A stretch of 64,000 nucleotides of DNA from Gemmatimonadales bacterium (GTDB taxonomy: Bacteria > Gemmatimonadota > Gemmatimonadetes > Gemmatimonadales > GWC2-71-9). The translations under genes and the position numbers were made by a program. Shown piece after piece: positions 21,023 through 29,903 of this stretch (positions are counted from its first letter, which is position 1; each line of letters begins with the position of its first letter). Where the stretch lies: the NCBI GenBank assembly GCA_037189525.1, contig JBBCJC010000005.1:384001-448000 (forward strand), written 5' to 3'. The notes under the pieces were generated by a model. It was not told where the DNA came from and made no database searches. It was given only the letters and a program-made list of their open reading frames with translations.

Positions 21023-22945
21023 CTACGGAACCAGGCGCCGGCGGGCAATGTCGTCCACCAGACGGGCTTGGAACGCCTCCAGCGGCATCACATCCTGCTT
21101 GGACCCCGCTCCCCGGGTCCGCACCGCCACCGTGCCCGCCTCGGCCTCACGCTGACCGACCACGGCCAGATACGGCACCTTGGCCACCTCGCCGGCCCGG
21201 ACCCGGTAGTTGAGCGTATCGTTGCCGGCATCGAGCGTGGCGCGGATGCCCGCCTTGCGCAGCGCCGAGGTCACCTGCTGGGCCGCGTCTCGCTGCGCAT
21301 CGGAAATCGGCAGCACCCGGACCTGTTCCGGCGCGAGCCAGAGCGGAAAGGCGCCCGCAAAGTGCTCGATCAGGATCGCCATGAACCGCTCGAACGATCC
21401 GCTCACGGCCCGGTGAATCACGACCGGCCGATGGGCATGGTTGTCTTCGCCCACGTAGCTCAGATCGAAGCGTTCAGGCGCGGCGTAGTCGAGCTGGATC
21501 GTGCCCAGCTGCCAGGTCCGTCCGATCGAGTCCTCGACATGGAAGTCGATCTTCGGTCCGTAGAAGGCGCCGTCGCCCGGGTTGACCTGATAGGCGTGCC
21601 CGGTCGACTCGAGCGCGCTCCGTAGAGCGCCTTCGGCCTTGTCCCACAGTTCGTCCGAACCGATCCGCTCTTCGGGACGGGTCGAGAACTTGAGCTGCGC
21701 CGTGAGCCCGAAGGTCTCGTAGTACCCCAGAATCAGCCGGGTCAGCCGCTGCACCTCATCGCGGATCTGCTCCTCGGTGAGGAAGATGTGGCAGTCGTCC
21801 TGCTGGAACTGCCGCACCCGCGTCAAGCCCGACAGCGCGCCTGAGACCTCGTTCCGATGCAGTACGTCGTAGGTGCAGTAGCGGATCGGAAGCTCGCGAT
21901 AGGAATGCTTCTTCGACCCGTAGAGCAGATAGTGCGACGGGCAGTTCATCGGCTTGAGCGAGATATCGTGTTCTCCCGTCTCGTTGTCGAGGACGAGGAA
22001 CATGTTCTCCTTGTACTTGCCCCAGTGCCCCGACATCTCCCAGAGCGCTTTGTTGAAGAGCAGCGGGGTTTTGACTTCCTGGTAGTCGTCGCGCTGCAGC
22101 TCGCGCAGATAGTCGTTCAGCACGTTGATCATGGTGGTGCCACGATCGGTCCAGAAAGCTGCGCCAGGTGCGAACGGGTGAAACAGGAAGAGATCCAGTT
22201 CCCGTCCGACCCGCCGGTGATCCCGCTTCCGGGCTTCCTCCAGCCGGTGGAGGTACCCCTCGAGATCGTCTTTCTTGAACCAGGCGGTGCCGTAGATCCG
22301 CTGCAGCATCTGCCGCTTCTCGTCGCCGCGCCAGTACGCCCCGGCCGTCGAGAGCAGTTTGAAGTGCTTGAGCCGCGAGGTCGAGGGCACGTGCGGGCCG
22401 CGGCACAGATCGACGAACGGCCCATCGGTGTAGATGGTGATGGTCTCGTCCTCGCCCAACTCCGCGATCCGCTCGAGCTTGAGCGGATCGTCGGCAAAGC
22501 GGCGCCGGGCTTCCTCCCGATCGACCACTTCGCGCACGAAGGGGAAATCCTTGGCGGCCACGTCGCGCATCACCGCTTCGATTTTGTCGAGGTCCTCGGG
22601 CGTGAACGGGCGAGGCACTTCGAAATCGTAGTAAAAGCCGTCGTCGATAGCCGGCCCGAAACCGATCCCCGCTTTCGGGAAGATGGTGCGTACGGCCGTC
22701 GCGAGTACATGCGCCGCCGAATGCCGCAGCAGACCGAGGGCGTCAGGGTCACGATCGGTGATGATCGACACCGTGGCGTCCGATTCGATCGGCCGCTCGA
22801 GGTCCCAGGTCTGATCGCCGACGCGAATGGCCAGCGCCGCCTTGGCCAGCCCGGGACCGATCTGGCGAGCCAGGTCATGCCCGGTGGCACCGTGGGGCAA
22901 CTCCCGAACGCTACCGTCGGGCAGGGTCAATCGAACCACACTCAT
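21023..22945 (-). CDS. thrS: Threonine--tRNA ligase
   Basis: TGS domain, RHSAAH, DLCRGPH, RDHR, KPMNCP, GAFYGPKID, IHRA. Confidence 0.99.
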   Translation of the reverse strand: MSVVRLTLPDGSVRELPHGATGHDLARQIGPGLAKAALAIRVGDQTWDLERPIESDATVSIITDRDPDALGLLRHSAAHVLATAVRTIFPKAGIGFGPAIDDGFYYDFEVPRPFTPEDLDKIEAVMRDVAAKDFPFVREVVDREEARRRFADDPLKLERIAELGEDETITIYTDGPFVDLCRGPHVPSTSRLKHFKLLSTAGAYWRGDEKRQMLQRIYGTAWFKKDDLEGYLHRLEEARKRDHRRVGRELDLFLFHPFAPGAAFWTDRGTTMINVLNDYLRELQRDDYQEVKTPLLFNKALWEMSGHWGKYKENMFLVLDNETGEHDISLKPMNCPSHYLLYGSKKHSYRELPIRYCTYDVLHRNEVSGALSGLTRVRQFQQDDCHIFLTEEQIRDEVQRLTRLILGYYETFGLTAQLKFSTRPEERIGSDELWDKAEGALRSALESTGHAYQVNPGDGAFYGPKIDFHVEDSIGRTWQLGTIQLDYAAPERFDLSYVGEDNHAHRPVVIHRAVSGSFERFMAILIEHFAGAFPLWLAPEQVRVLPISDAQRDAAQQVTSALRKAGIRATLDAGNDTLNYRVRAGEVAKVPYLAVVGQREAEAGTVAVRTRGAGSKQDVMPLEAFQARLVDDIARRRLVP

Positions 22946-23073
22946 GGGGCAGACTCCATCGCGGCCGGTCGCACCATTACGGGCGAGGCGGGCGCGAGCC
23001 AGAAGAACAGGCCCAAACCGACCGCGATGAGCACACCGAGGAAGAACAAGCGGACAACCGGTCGTTTGGCCAT
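22942..23073 (-). CDS. Putative small single-TM protein (43 aa) coupled to thrS
   Basis: MAKRPVVRLFFLGVLIAVGLGLFFWLAPASPVMVRPAAMESAP; ATGA overlap with the thrS start. Confidence 0.55.
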   Translation of the reverse strand: MAKRPVVRLFFLGVLIAVGLGLFFWLAPASPVMVRPAAMESAP

Positions 23074-23115
23074 GATTGCTTCGTGAAAATTCCCGAAACG
23101 TATTAAGTTAACTGT

Positions 23116-23574
23116 ATGCCGCAGCGACGTATACGTCCCGAGGGCAGTTCCAGCCTCCTCCCGACCGTACTGACCGGTCTCGGGATCGGTTTGGCCATCG
23201 GGCTCCTGGCCGGCGAACTGCTGGCCGGACGGGGCCGGAAGGTCCTGATTCCCTGGCGCCGAAAGCGCGCCGCGCCACCTTCCCAGGCTGATTTGACGAG
23301 CCGGGTTCGCCAGAGCCTCCAGGCACTCCTGGGCGCCGAGGCCAACGGACTCACCGTGGTGCCGATCGGGCGGAATGGCCTCGAACTGCACGGCTGGGTG
23401 GCCTCCCGCTCGAGCCGGAGCCGCGCCATCCGCGCGGTCCGCGAACTCCTGGGCGGCGACCTCACCCTGGTCGACCGGCTGCTGGTCTGGGGCGAGGACG
23501 ACGCGCCGTTGCCGCCCCGCACGCCCCCCAATCGACCCACCATCGTTCGGGACGAAGAGCCCGAGGTTGCATGA
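23116..23574 (+). CDS. Membrane-anchored BON-like domain protein
   Basis: TM GLGIGLAIGLLAG; LTSRVRQSL...LELHGWV...A.RAVR...VDRLLV fits the BON pattern; ATGA overlap with valS. Confidence 0.6.
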   Translation: MPQRRIRPEGSSSLLPTVLTGLGIGLAIGLLAGELLAGRGRKVLIPWRRKRAAPPSQADLTSRVRQSLQALLGAEANGLTVVPIGRNGLELHGWVASRSSRSRAIRAVRELLGGDLTLVDRLLVWGEDDAPLPPRTPPNRPTIVRDEEPEVA

Positions 23575-26258
23575 CCGAGCCGTTGGCACCGCAGTACGAC
23601 CCGAAAACCGTCGAAGCCCCTTTGTACCGGTGGTGGCAGGACCGCCACCTGTTCACACCGCGCGGCGACCGTTCCCCCTACGTCATCATGATGCCGCCAC
23701 CCAACGTGACGGCGCAACTGCACATGGGGCACGGCCTCAACCTGAGCGTCCAGGACGTGATGATCCGGTTCGAGCGGATGCGCGGCCGCGATGCGCTCTG
23801 GATGCCGGGCACCGACCACGCCGGGATCGCCACGCAGAACGTGGTGGAAAAGCTGCTGGCCAAAGAGGGCAAGACCCGATTCGACCTGGGACGTGAGGCG
23901 TTCATCCAGCGGGTCGAAGCCTTCGTGGCCGAGACCGGATCGACCATCCTGGAGCAGATCCGGAGCCTGGGCGCCAGCTGCGATTGGGAGCACACCTACT
24001 ACACCCTGAGCCCCGAACTCTCGGCGGCGGTGCGCGAGGTCTTCGTCTCGCTCTATGAAAAGGGCCTGATCTACCGCGGCAAATACATCATCAACTGGTG
24101 CCCCCGCTGCCTCACCGCCCTCTCCAACGAGGAGGCGGAAAAGGAAGAGGTCGACGGGCAGATCTGGCGGCTGCGCTATCCGCTGGCCGATGGATCGGGA
24201 CAGATCATCGTCGCCACCACCCGCCCCGAAACGATGTTGGGCGACACCGCGGTTGCCGTGCATCCCGACGACGAGCGCTACGCCGGCCTGGTCGGCAAGA
24301 TGATCCGCCTGCCGGTGGTCGATCGCCTGGTGCCGATCGTGGCCGACGCGGCGGTTGACCCGGCCTTCGGCACGGGCGCCGTGAAGCTGACTCCGGCCCA
24401 CGATCCGCTCGATTTCGAGATCGCCTCGCGACATGGCCTCCCGGCCATCGATGTGATGACCCCCGACGCCCGGATCAATGAAGCCGGGCCCGAGCGGTTC
24501 CAGGGGCTCGATCGCTTCGACGCACGGAAGCGGGTGGTCGCCGAGTTCGAGGCAGCTGGTCTACTCGACAAGGTCGAACCGCACCGGCATGCGGTCGGTC
24601 ATTGCTACCGCTGCGACACCGTGGTCGAACCGCGGCTGTCCGATCAGTGGTTCGTCAAGATGGCGCCGCTTGCGAAGCCAGCGTTGGAGGCCTATCGCGA
24701 CGGCACCCTGAACTTCGTGCCGGAACGCCGCGGCACCGAGTACGCCCTCTGGATGGAGAACATCCGGGACTGGTGTATCTCGCGGCAGATCTGGTGGGGA
24801 CACCGGATTCCCGTCTGGTATTGTGACAACGGCAGCTGCGGAGCCATGACGGCGAGTCGCGTCGATCTGACGTCCTGCCCGAGCTGCGGCGGCGCCGTGC
24901 GACAGGACGAAGACGTACTCGACACCTGGTTCTCCTCGCAGCTGGTGCCGTTTACCTCGCTCGGCTGGCCCGACGACGACGGCAGCCTGAGCCGGTTCTA
25001 TCCGGGCCATGCGCTGGTGACCGCGCCCGAGATCCTGTTCTTCTGGGTCGCGCGGATGATCATGTCGGGCCTCGAGTTCAAGGGACAGGTCCCGTTCACC
25101 ACGATCTATCTCCACGGCACCGTGCGCGACACCCAGCATCGGAAGATGTCCAAGTCGCTGGGCAACGGAATCGATCCGCTGGACGTGGTCGAGCAGTATG
25201 GAGCCGACGCGCTCCGCTTCACGGTCATTGCCGGGCTCGCCGTCGGCACCGACGTCATCCTCGACCCCGACGATCTCGAAAGCTCGTTCTCGACCGGCCG
25301 GAACTTTGCCAACAAGCTCTGGAACGTCGGCCGCTTCATCCTGTCCAACCTGGACGGCGAGGTCCGCCCGATCGGCAGCTCCGCAGCGAATGCGGTCATC
25401 CGGGATGAACTCTCGGTGGCCGATCGCTGGATCCTGGCGCGCGCCGAGGCCACCATCCGCGAAGCGACCGACGGTTACGAACGGCTCCGGCTCAACGATG
25501 CCGCCAACGCCGTCTACCGTTTCCTCTGGAACGATCTGGCCGACTGGTACCTGGAAGCGATCAAGCCGCGCCTCTACGGCGATCAGCCCGGCGGCGACGT
25601 CGCGCGCGCCGTGGCGGTCCGCGTCTTCGACCAGGCGCTTCGCCTGCTCCACCCGGTGATGCCCTTCATCACCGAAACGCTCTGGCAACGCTTGCCGGGC
25701 AGAACGGACGGCGAAAGCCTGATGGTGGCCGCCTGGCCCGTCCCCGACCCGGCCGATGCCGATTCGGTCGCGCTGTCCGAGTTCGGAGCGGCACAGGATG
25801 TCATCACCGCGATCCGTTCGATCCGGGCCGAGTATCAGGTTCCGCCGGGCCAGACCGTCCGGGCCGCGCTGACCCGATGCGGCCCCGTCGTAACGGCGGC
25901 GTTCCAGTCGCTCGGCCCGATGATGCATCGCCTGGCCAAGGCCAGCGAGATCACCCTGGCCGGCGAAGACGCCGGAAACGGTGCGGCGGCTGCGCATGCC
26001 GTTCTCACCGACGGCAGCAGCGTGACCGTCCCCCTCGGCGATCTGGTCGACACGGCCAAGGAATGCGCCCGGCTCGGCCAGGAAGCGGCCCGGCTGACTC
26101 AGGCCATCGTGACACTCGAACAGAAACTCGGTAACGAGCAGTTCGTGAGCCGGGCGCCGGCGGCAGTGGTCCAGAAGGAACGGGAAAAATTGGCCAGTTG
26201 GCAGGACCAGCGCGCCGTCCTCGACGACAAGCGAACCCGGCTGGGATGTCCGTCCTGA
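23571..26258 (+). CDS. valS: Valine--tRNA ligase
   Basis: PPPNVT..LHMGH, DHAGIATQ, DWCISRQIWWGH, KMSKS, C-terminal coiled coil. Confidence 0.99.
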   Translation: MTEPLAPQYDPKTVEAPLYRWWQDRHLFTPRGDRSPYVIMMPPPNVTAQLHMGHGLNLSVQDVMIRFERMRGRDALWMPGTDHAGIATQNVVEKLLAKEGKTRFDLGREAFIQRVEAFVAETGSTILEQIRSLGASCDWEHTYYTLSPELSAAVREVFVSLYEKGLIYRGKYIINWCPRCLTALSNEEAEKEEVDGQIWRLRYPLADGSGQIIVATTRPETMLGDTAVAVHPDDERYAGLVGKMIRLPVVDRLVPIVADAAVDPAFGTGAVKLTPAHDPLDFEIASRHGLPAIDVMTPDARINEAGPERFQGLDRFDARKRVVAEFEAAGLLDKVEPHRHAVGHCYRCDTVVEPRLSDQWFVKMAPLAKPALEAYRDGTLNFVPERRGTEYALWMENIRDWCISRQIWWGHRIPVWYCDNGSCGAMTASRVDLTSCPSCGGAVRQDEDVLDTWFSSQLVPFTSLGWPDDDGSLSRFYPGHALVTAPEILFFWVARMIMSGLEFKGQVPFTTIYLHGTVRDTQHRKMSKSLGNGIDPLDVVEQYGADALRFTVIAGLAVGTDVILDPDDLESSFSTGRNFANKLWNVGRFILSNLDGEVRPIGSSAANAVIRDELSVADRWILARAEATIREATDGYERLRLNDAANAVYRFLWNDLADWYLEAIKPRLYGDQPGGDVARAVAVRVFDQALRLLHPVMPFITETLWQRLPGRTDGESLMVAAWPVPDPADADSVALSEFGAAQDVITAIRSIRAEYQVPPGQTVRAALTRCGPVVTAAFQSLGPMMHRLAKASEITLAGEDAGNGAAAAHAVLTDGSSVTVPLGDLVDTAKECARLGQEAARLTQAIVTLEQKLGNEQFVSRAPAAVVQKEREKLASWQDQRAVLDDKRTRLGCPS

Positions 26259-27697
26259 TCCGGGGAGCAGCGCTGATCTGCCTCGTGGCAGGCTGTTCCC
26301 GCATTGCGGAGCCGCCGGGCGGCCCGCCCGACGCCAATCCGCCCAAGCTGCTCGGTACCCTGCCCGATTCGATCTCGGTGCAGCCCGGCTTCCGGAGCGA
26401 CGCCGAGTTCCGGTTCGATGAGGTGGTCAGCGAAGGAACCAGTCCCAATTTCGGCCTGGGCAGTGGCGACCTCGAAAAACTGATCATTCTCTCGCCCAGC
26501 CCGAACGTGCCGCGGGTCAGTTGGAAGCGCCGCCGGATCACGGTCAAGCCGCGCGAGGGCTGGCAGCCCAACCGCACCTATCGGATCGAACTGCTGCCGG
26601 GGCTGGTCGATCTGCGCAACAACCGAAGCGAGAACGGCCAGGTCATCACCTTCACGACCGGGTCGCCGTTGCCGGCCCACTTTCTCGAAGGCCGCGTCGT
26701 CGACTGGACTACCGCCAAAGGCCAGGCACTCGGCCTGGTCGTGGCGACCCTGTTGCCCGACAGCCTCGAGTATCGCACGCTGGCGGATTCGACGGGGCGT
26801 TTCCGGTTCGGGCCTCTTCCCGACGGCGAATACCTGGTGGCCGGGGTGCTCGACCAGAACCGGAACTCCCGTCGCGATCTCCGCGAATCGTTCGACACCA
26901 CCCGGGTCGCGATGGGCCGCGATTCCGTCGGCGAGATCTGGGCCTTCCGGCACGATACGGTCCCGGCCCGGATCCAGGCCATCGCCAAGAACGACTCGCT
27001 CTCCCTGACCGTCACGTTTACGCAGCAACTGAACCCGTACCAGGAACTGCCGTCTTCCGCGGCCCGGGTCCGCCTGCTGCCCGACTCGACCGACATCGGA
27101 GTCGACTCGATCCTGCCCAAGGCGAAGTACGACTCGGCCTACGCGCCCCGCGCCCCGGTCGATACCACTCCGCCCAGCGACAGCGCCCTGGTTGCCGACA
27201 GCTTGGCCCGGCTCCGGGCCGACTCCGTTGCCCACGCCGATTCCGTGCTGCGCGCCCGCGAGGCGGCCCGCCGCCGGGCACGCGGCATCGAAGAACCGCG
27301 GCCTCCCGAGCCGCCGCTCACCACCAAGCCGCCGCTCGACGACAAACTCGTCATTCGGGTCCGCGAACCGTTGCGGGCGGGCGCACGCTATGTGGTCGAA
27401 GTCGACGGGGTCGAAAATGTCAGCCGGGTGCCCGGCCGAGCGGTCCTCGGCTTCCAGATCCCGGAAGATCCGAAACCCGCGGCCGATACCTCCGCAGCGG
27501 ATTCCACCCGGGCCCCGGGTGATAGCGTCCCCCCCGATTCGCTGCCGGCCCGCCCCGACACCGCCGGCAGTTGGCTCGGCGCCTGGTCAGGCTCGGCAAC
27601 CCGTCCTCGATCTGGCCAGCCGGTGCCCCATCCGGCCCCTCGGCGCGAGTCGATCACCGCGGCCGTCCGACCGGCCACGCCGCCCCGGCCCCGATGA
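26246..27697 (+). CDS. Lipoprotein with Ig-like (Big_5-type) domains
   Basis: Lipobox LVAGC followed by PPGGPPD..PP; F.FDE, NRTY, DLRNN, FTTG; ATG 26246. Confidence 0.75.
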   Translation: MSVLIRGAALICLVAGCSRIAEPPGGPPDANPPKLLGTLPDSISVQPGFRSDAEFRFDEVVSEGTSPNFGLGSGDLEKLIILSPSPNVPRVSWKRRRITVKPREGWQPNRTYRIELLPGLVDLRNNRSENGQVITFTTGSPLPAHFLEGRVVDWTTAKGQALGLVVATLLPDSLEYRTLADSTGRFRFGPLPDGEYLVAGVLDQNRNSRRDLRESFDTTRVAMGRDSVGEIWAFRHDTVPARIQAIAKNDSLSLTVTFTQQLNPYQELPSSAARVRLLPDSTDIGVDSILPKAKYDSAYAPRAPVDTTPPSDSALVADSLARLRADSVAHADSVLRAREAARRRARGIEEPRPPEPPLTTKPPLDDKLVIRVREPLRAGARYVVEVDGVENVSRVPGRAVLGFQIPEDPKPAADTSAADSTRAPGDSVPPDSLPARPDTAGSWLGAWSGSATRPRSGQPVPHPAPRRESITAAVRPATPPRPR

Positions 27698-28233
27698 CCC
27701 GGACTCGCCACCCGGCAGCGTTTCTCGACCGGGATGGCACCATTATCGAGGACGTCGGCTATCCCGGCGATCCGAACCAGGTCACCCTGCTGCCCGGCGC
27801 ACGCGAGGCCCTCATGGCTCTGGCGCATGCGGGATATCGGCTGGTGGTGGTAACCAATCAGAGTGGGATCGCGCGGGGTTTGATTTCCTGGGACCAGTAC
27901 CGCGCGGTGGCGGAGCGGATGGAGGATCTCCTGCGGCCCGACGTCACGCTGGCCGCGACGTACGTCTGTCCGCACCATCCGGACATCGACGGCCCCTGCG
28001 ATTGCCGCAAACCGGGGCTGGCCCACTACCGCGACGCCATCGACCGATTCGATCTGGACCCGGCCCGGTCCATCTGGATCGGCGACCGGCGCACCGATGT
28101 CGAACCGGCCGAGCACTGGAACGGACGCGGCTATCTGATCCACAGCGGGGCAGCTGATCTCTCGGATCCGCCGCCCCGCAATACCGTCCTCGTCCGCGAC
28201 CTGGCCGACGCGGTAGCGCGCGCGCTCAGCTAG
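27694..28233 (+). CDS. gmhB: HAD IIIA phosphatase, D,D-heptose 1,7-bisphosphate phosphatase-like
   Basis: FLDRDGT, VTNQSG, CPHHP...CDCRKP, IGDR. Confidence 0.8.
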   Translation: MTRTRHPAAFLDRDGTIIEDVGYPGDPNQVTLLPGAREALMALAHAGYRLVVVTNQSGIARGLISWDQYRAVAERMEDLLRPDVTLAATYVCPHHPDIDGPCDCRKPGLAHYRDAIDRFDLDPARSIWIGDRRTDVEPAEHWNGRGYLIHSGAADLSDPPPRNTVLVRDLADAVARALS

Positions 28234-29227
28234 GGTCGGGTTTGCGCACCAACTCACCGGCGACTGGATCGTAACGCCACTCCGGTTCCGGTCCCATCAG
28301 AAACACTCCGCCCTGCCAGCGCGCGGCGCCGTGAACCTCGAACCAATCGCGCTGCCCGGCAAGCACCGACTTTCCCATCGGGGTGAGCCTGAGCGGCACT
28401 TGTGAGAACTGCTCGTCCCGCAGTTTGATGAGGGGCGGCGCGTGGTACAGCGTCGTTTCCAGCAGCGGCCGCTGACCGTCGGTCAGGCTGCGGAGCGTGG
28501 CATAGAACATCGAGTCGCCCTGGTAGGGAGATGCTTCGCGCTCCTGCACCAGGGGAAATGCTTTGCGGGGCGTTTCGGCGCCGCCCGCAATGGCCTCGAG
28601 ACCCCACTGTTCCGTCCGGCCCAAGCCGGTCTTCGGCTGCGGAAACTCCGCGAGATACCGGGCAATCGCGGCCCGGAGGTAGGGCAATCCCGAGTGATCC
28701 TGGTGGGCCAGCTTGCCGAGCGCCCGCGGATCAGGCGCCGTCATGGCTTTCCAGACTCGCCGGGCGGCCTGGACCTGGTCCATGGTCACCCGCGATCGCT
28801 GCGGATAAAGCGCTGCCAGATCTGCCGGGTCCAACTGGCCGAGACCGATGAACCGTTCCACCCCGGGGTAGCGATCGATCATCACCAGGCTCACCCGCCC
28901 TTCCTCCACCAGCGGAGCGAGCCGGGTCAGCAGGAACGTCAGGATGAACTGATCGAACAGATCGTGCTCGAACCAGAGCACCACCTCCCGATAGGCATCG
29001 GCCTCGGACACCCGCGCGTCCTGATAGCCCAGGTTCCGGAGCGACTGACCATAGGACAGGTGATACCGCATCGACAGGTGAATGGCGCGGTCACGCCAGC
29101 GCTCCCGATCGGAGGCCCAGGGGCGAAGCGGTCCCTCGCAGAGCGGATCGGCCCATTCGAACCGGTCGCCCTCGATGCCGGCGGCGGCCAATTTGTCGAA
29201 AATATCGCTCCCGGGGCGCAGGTGCAT
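28226..29227 (-). CDS. DUF1835-like protein
   Basis: HLRPGSDI, DPLCEGP, VVLWFEHDLFDQ, FIGLGQL, GLGRTE, RWQGGV; start uncertain (ATG 29227 or TTG 29260). Confidence 0.7.
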   Translation of the reverse strand: MHLRPGSDIFDKLAAAGIEGDRFEWADPLCEGPLRPWASDRERWRDRAIHLSMRYHLSYGQSLRNLGYQDARVSEADAYREVVLWFEHDLFDQFILTFLLTRLAPLVEEGRVSLVMIDRYPGVERFIGLGQLDPADLAALYPQRSRVTMDQVQAARRVWKAMTAPDPRALGKLAHQDHSGLPYLRAAIARYLAEFPQPKTGLGRTEQWGLEAIAGGAETPRKAFPLVQEREASPYQGDSMFYATLRSLTDGQRPLLETTLYHAPPLIKLRDEQFSQVPLRLTPMGKSVLAGQRDWFEVHGAARWQGGVFLMGPEPEWRYDPVAGELVRKPDPS

Positions 29228-29303
29228 CGGGAGCTCGGCACGGGGGTCGCCGAAGACCAATTCCGACGACAGCGGCCGCGGTCTCCGTGTATATTGGCGG
29301 GCT

Positions 29304-29903
29304 ATGTCCATGCGGGTCGCCGTCTGCGTGTCTGGTCGCGGGAGCAATCTCGCAGCATTGATCGCCGCCCTGCCCGAAGGAAGCCCGGCCACGGTGGCCC
29401 TGGTGATGAGCAATCGGGCAACGGCCGGTGGACTCGAGTTGGCCCGCCAGGCCGGGATTCCGGTCGCGGTCCTCGAAGATAGCACCGACCCCAGTGCCTG
29501 GCGCGCGCTGCTCGATCGCGAGCAGATCGACTTCATCGTCCTGGCCGGGTACTTGAAGCCGGTGCCGTCGGACATCGTGGCGCAGTACGAAGGTCGGATC
29601 GTCAACATTCATCCGGCCCTTCTGCCCGATCACGGCGGCCCCGGGATGTACGGGATCCACGTCCATCGCGCCGTGCTGGCCCGCGGAGACCGCGAGTCGG
29701 GCGCGACGGTGCATGCGGTGACCGAACGATATGATGAAGGACCGATCCTGGCGCAGGTCAGAGTGCCGGTCCTGGCGGACGATACTCCCGAAAGCTTGGC
29801 AGCCCGGGTGCTCACCGTCGAGCATCGCCTGCTGCCGGCTGCCGTCCTCCACGCGGCCCGGACCGGCCGCGCCACGCCTTTACCCGAGACTCTCGAGCTA
29901 TGA
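29304..29903 (+). CDS. purN: Phosphoribosylglycinamide formyltransferase
   Basis: SGRGSN, LAGYL, NIHPALLP, SGATVH, YDEGPI. Confidence 0.96.
   Translation: MSMRVAVCVSGRGSNLAALIAALPEGSPATVALVMSNRATAGGLELARQAGIPVAVLEDSTDPSAWRALLDREQIDFIVLAGYLKPVPSDIVAQYEGRIVNIHPALLPDHGGPGMYGIHVHRAVLARGDRESGATVHAVTERYDEGPILAQVRVPVLADDTPESLAARVLTVEHRLLPAAVLHAARTGRATPLPETLEL

Noticed and set aside
19523..21625. 700 aa + strand ORF
   Set aside because: Antisense to the kinase and thrS
22942..23073. Thr attenuator leader peptide for thrS
   Set aside because: No Thr codons and no terminator between the ORF and thrS
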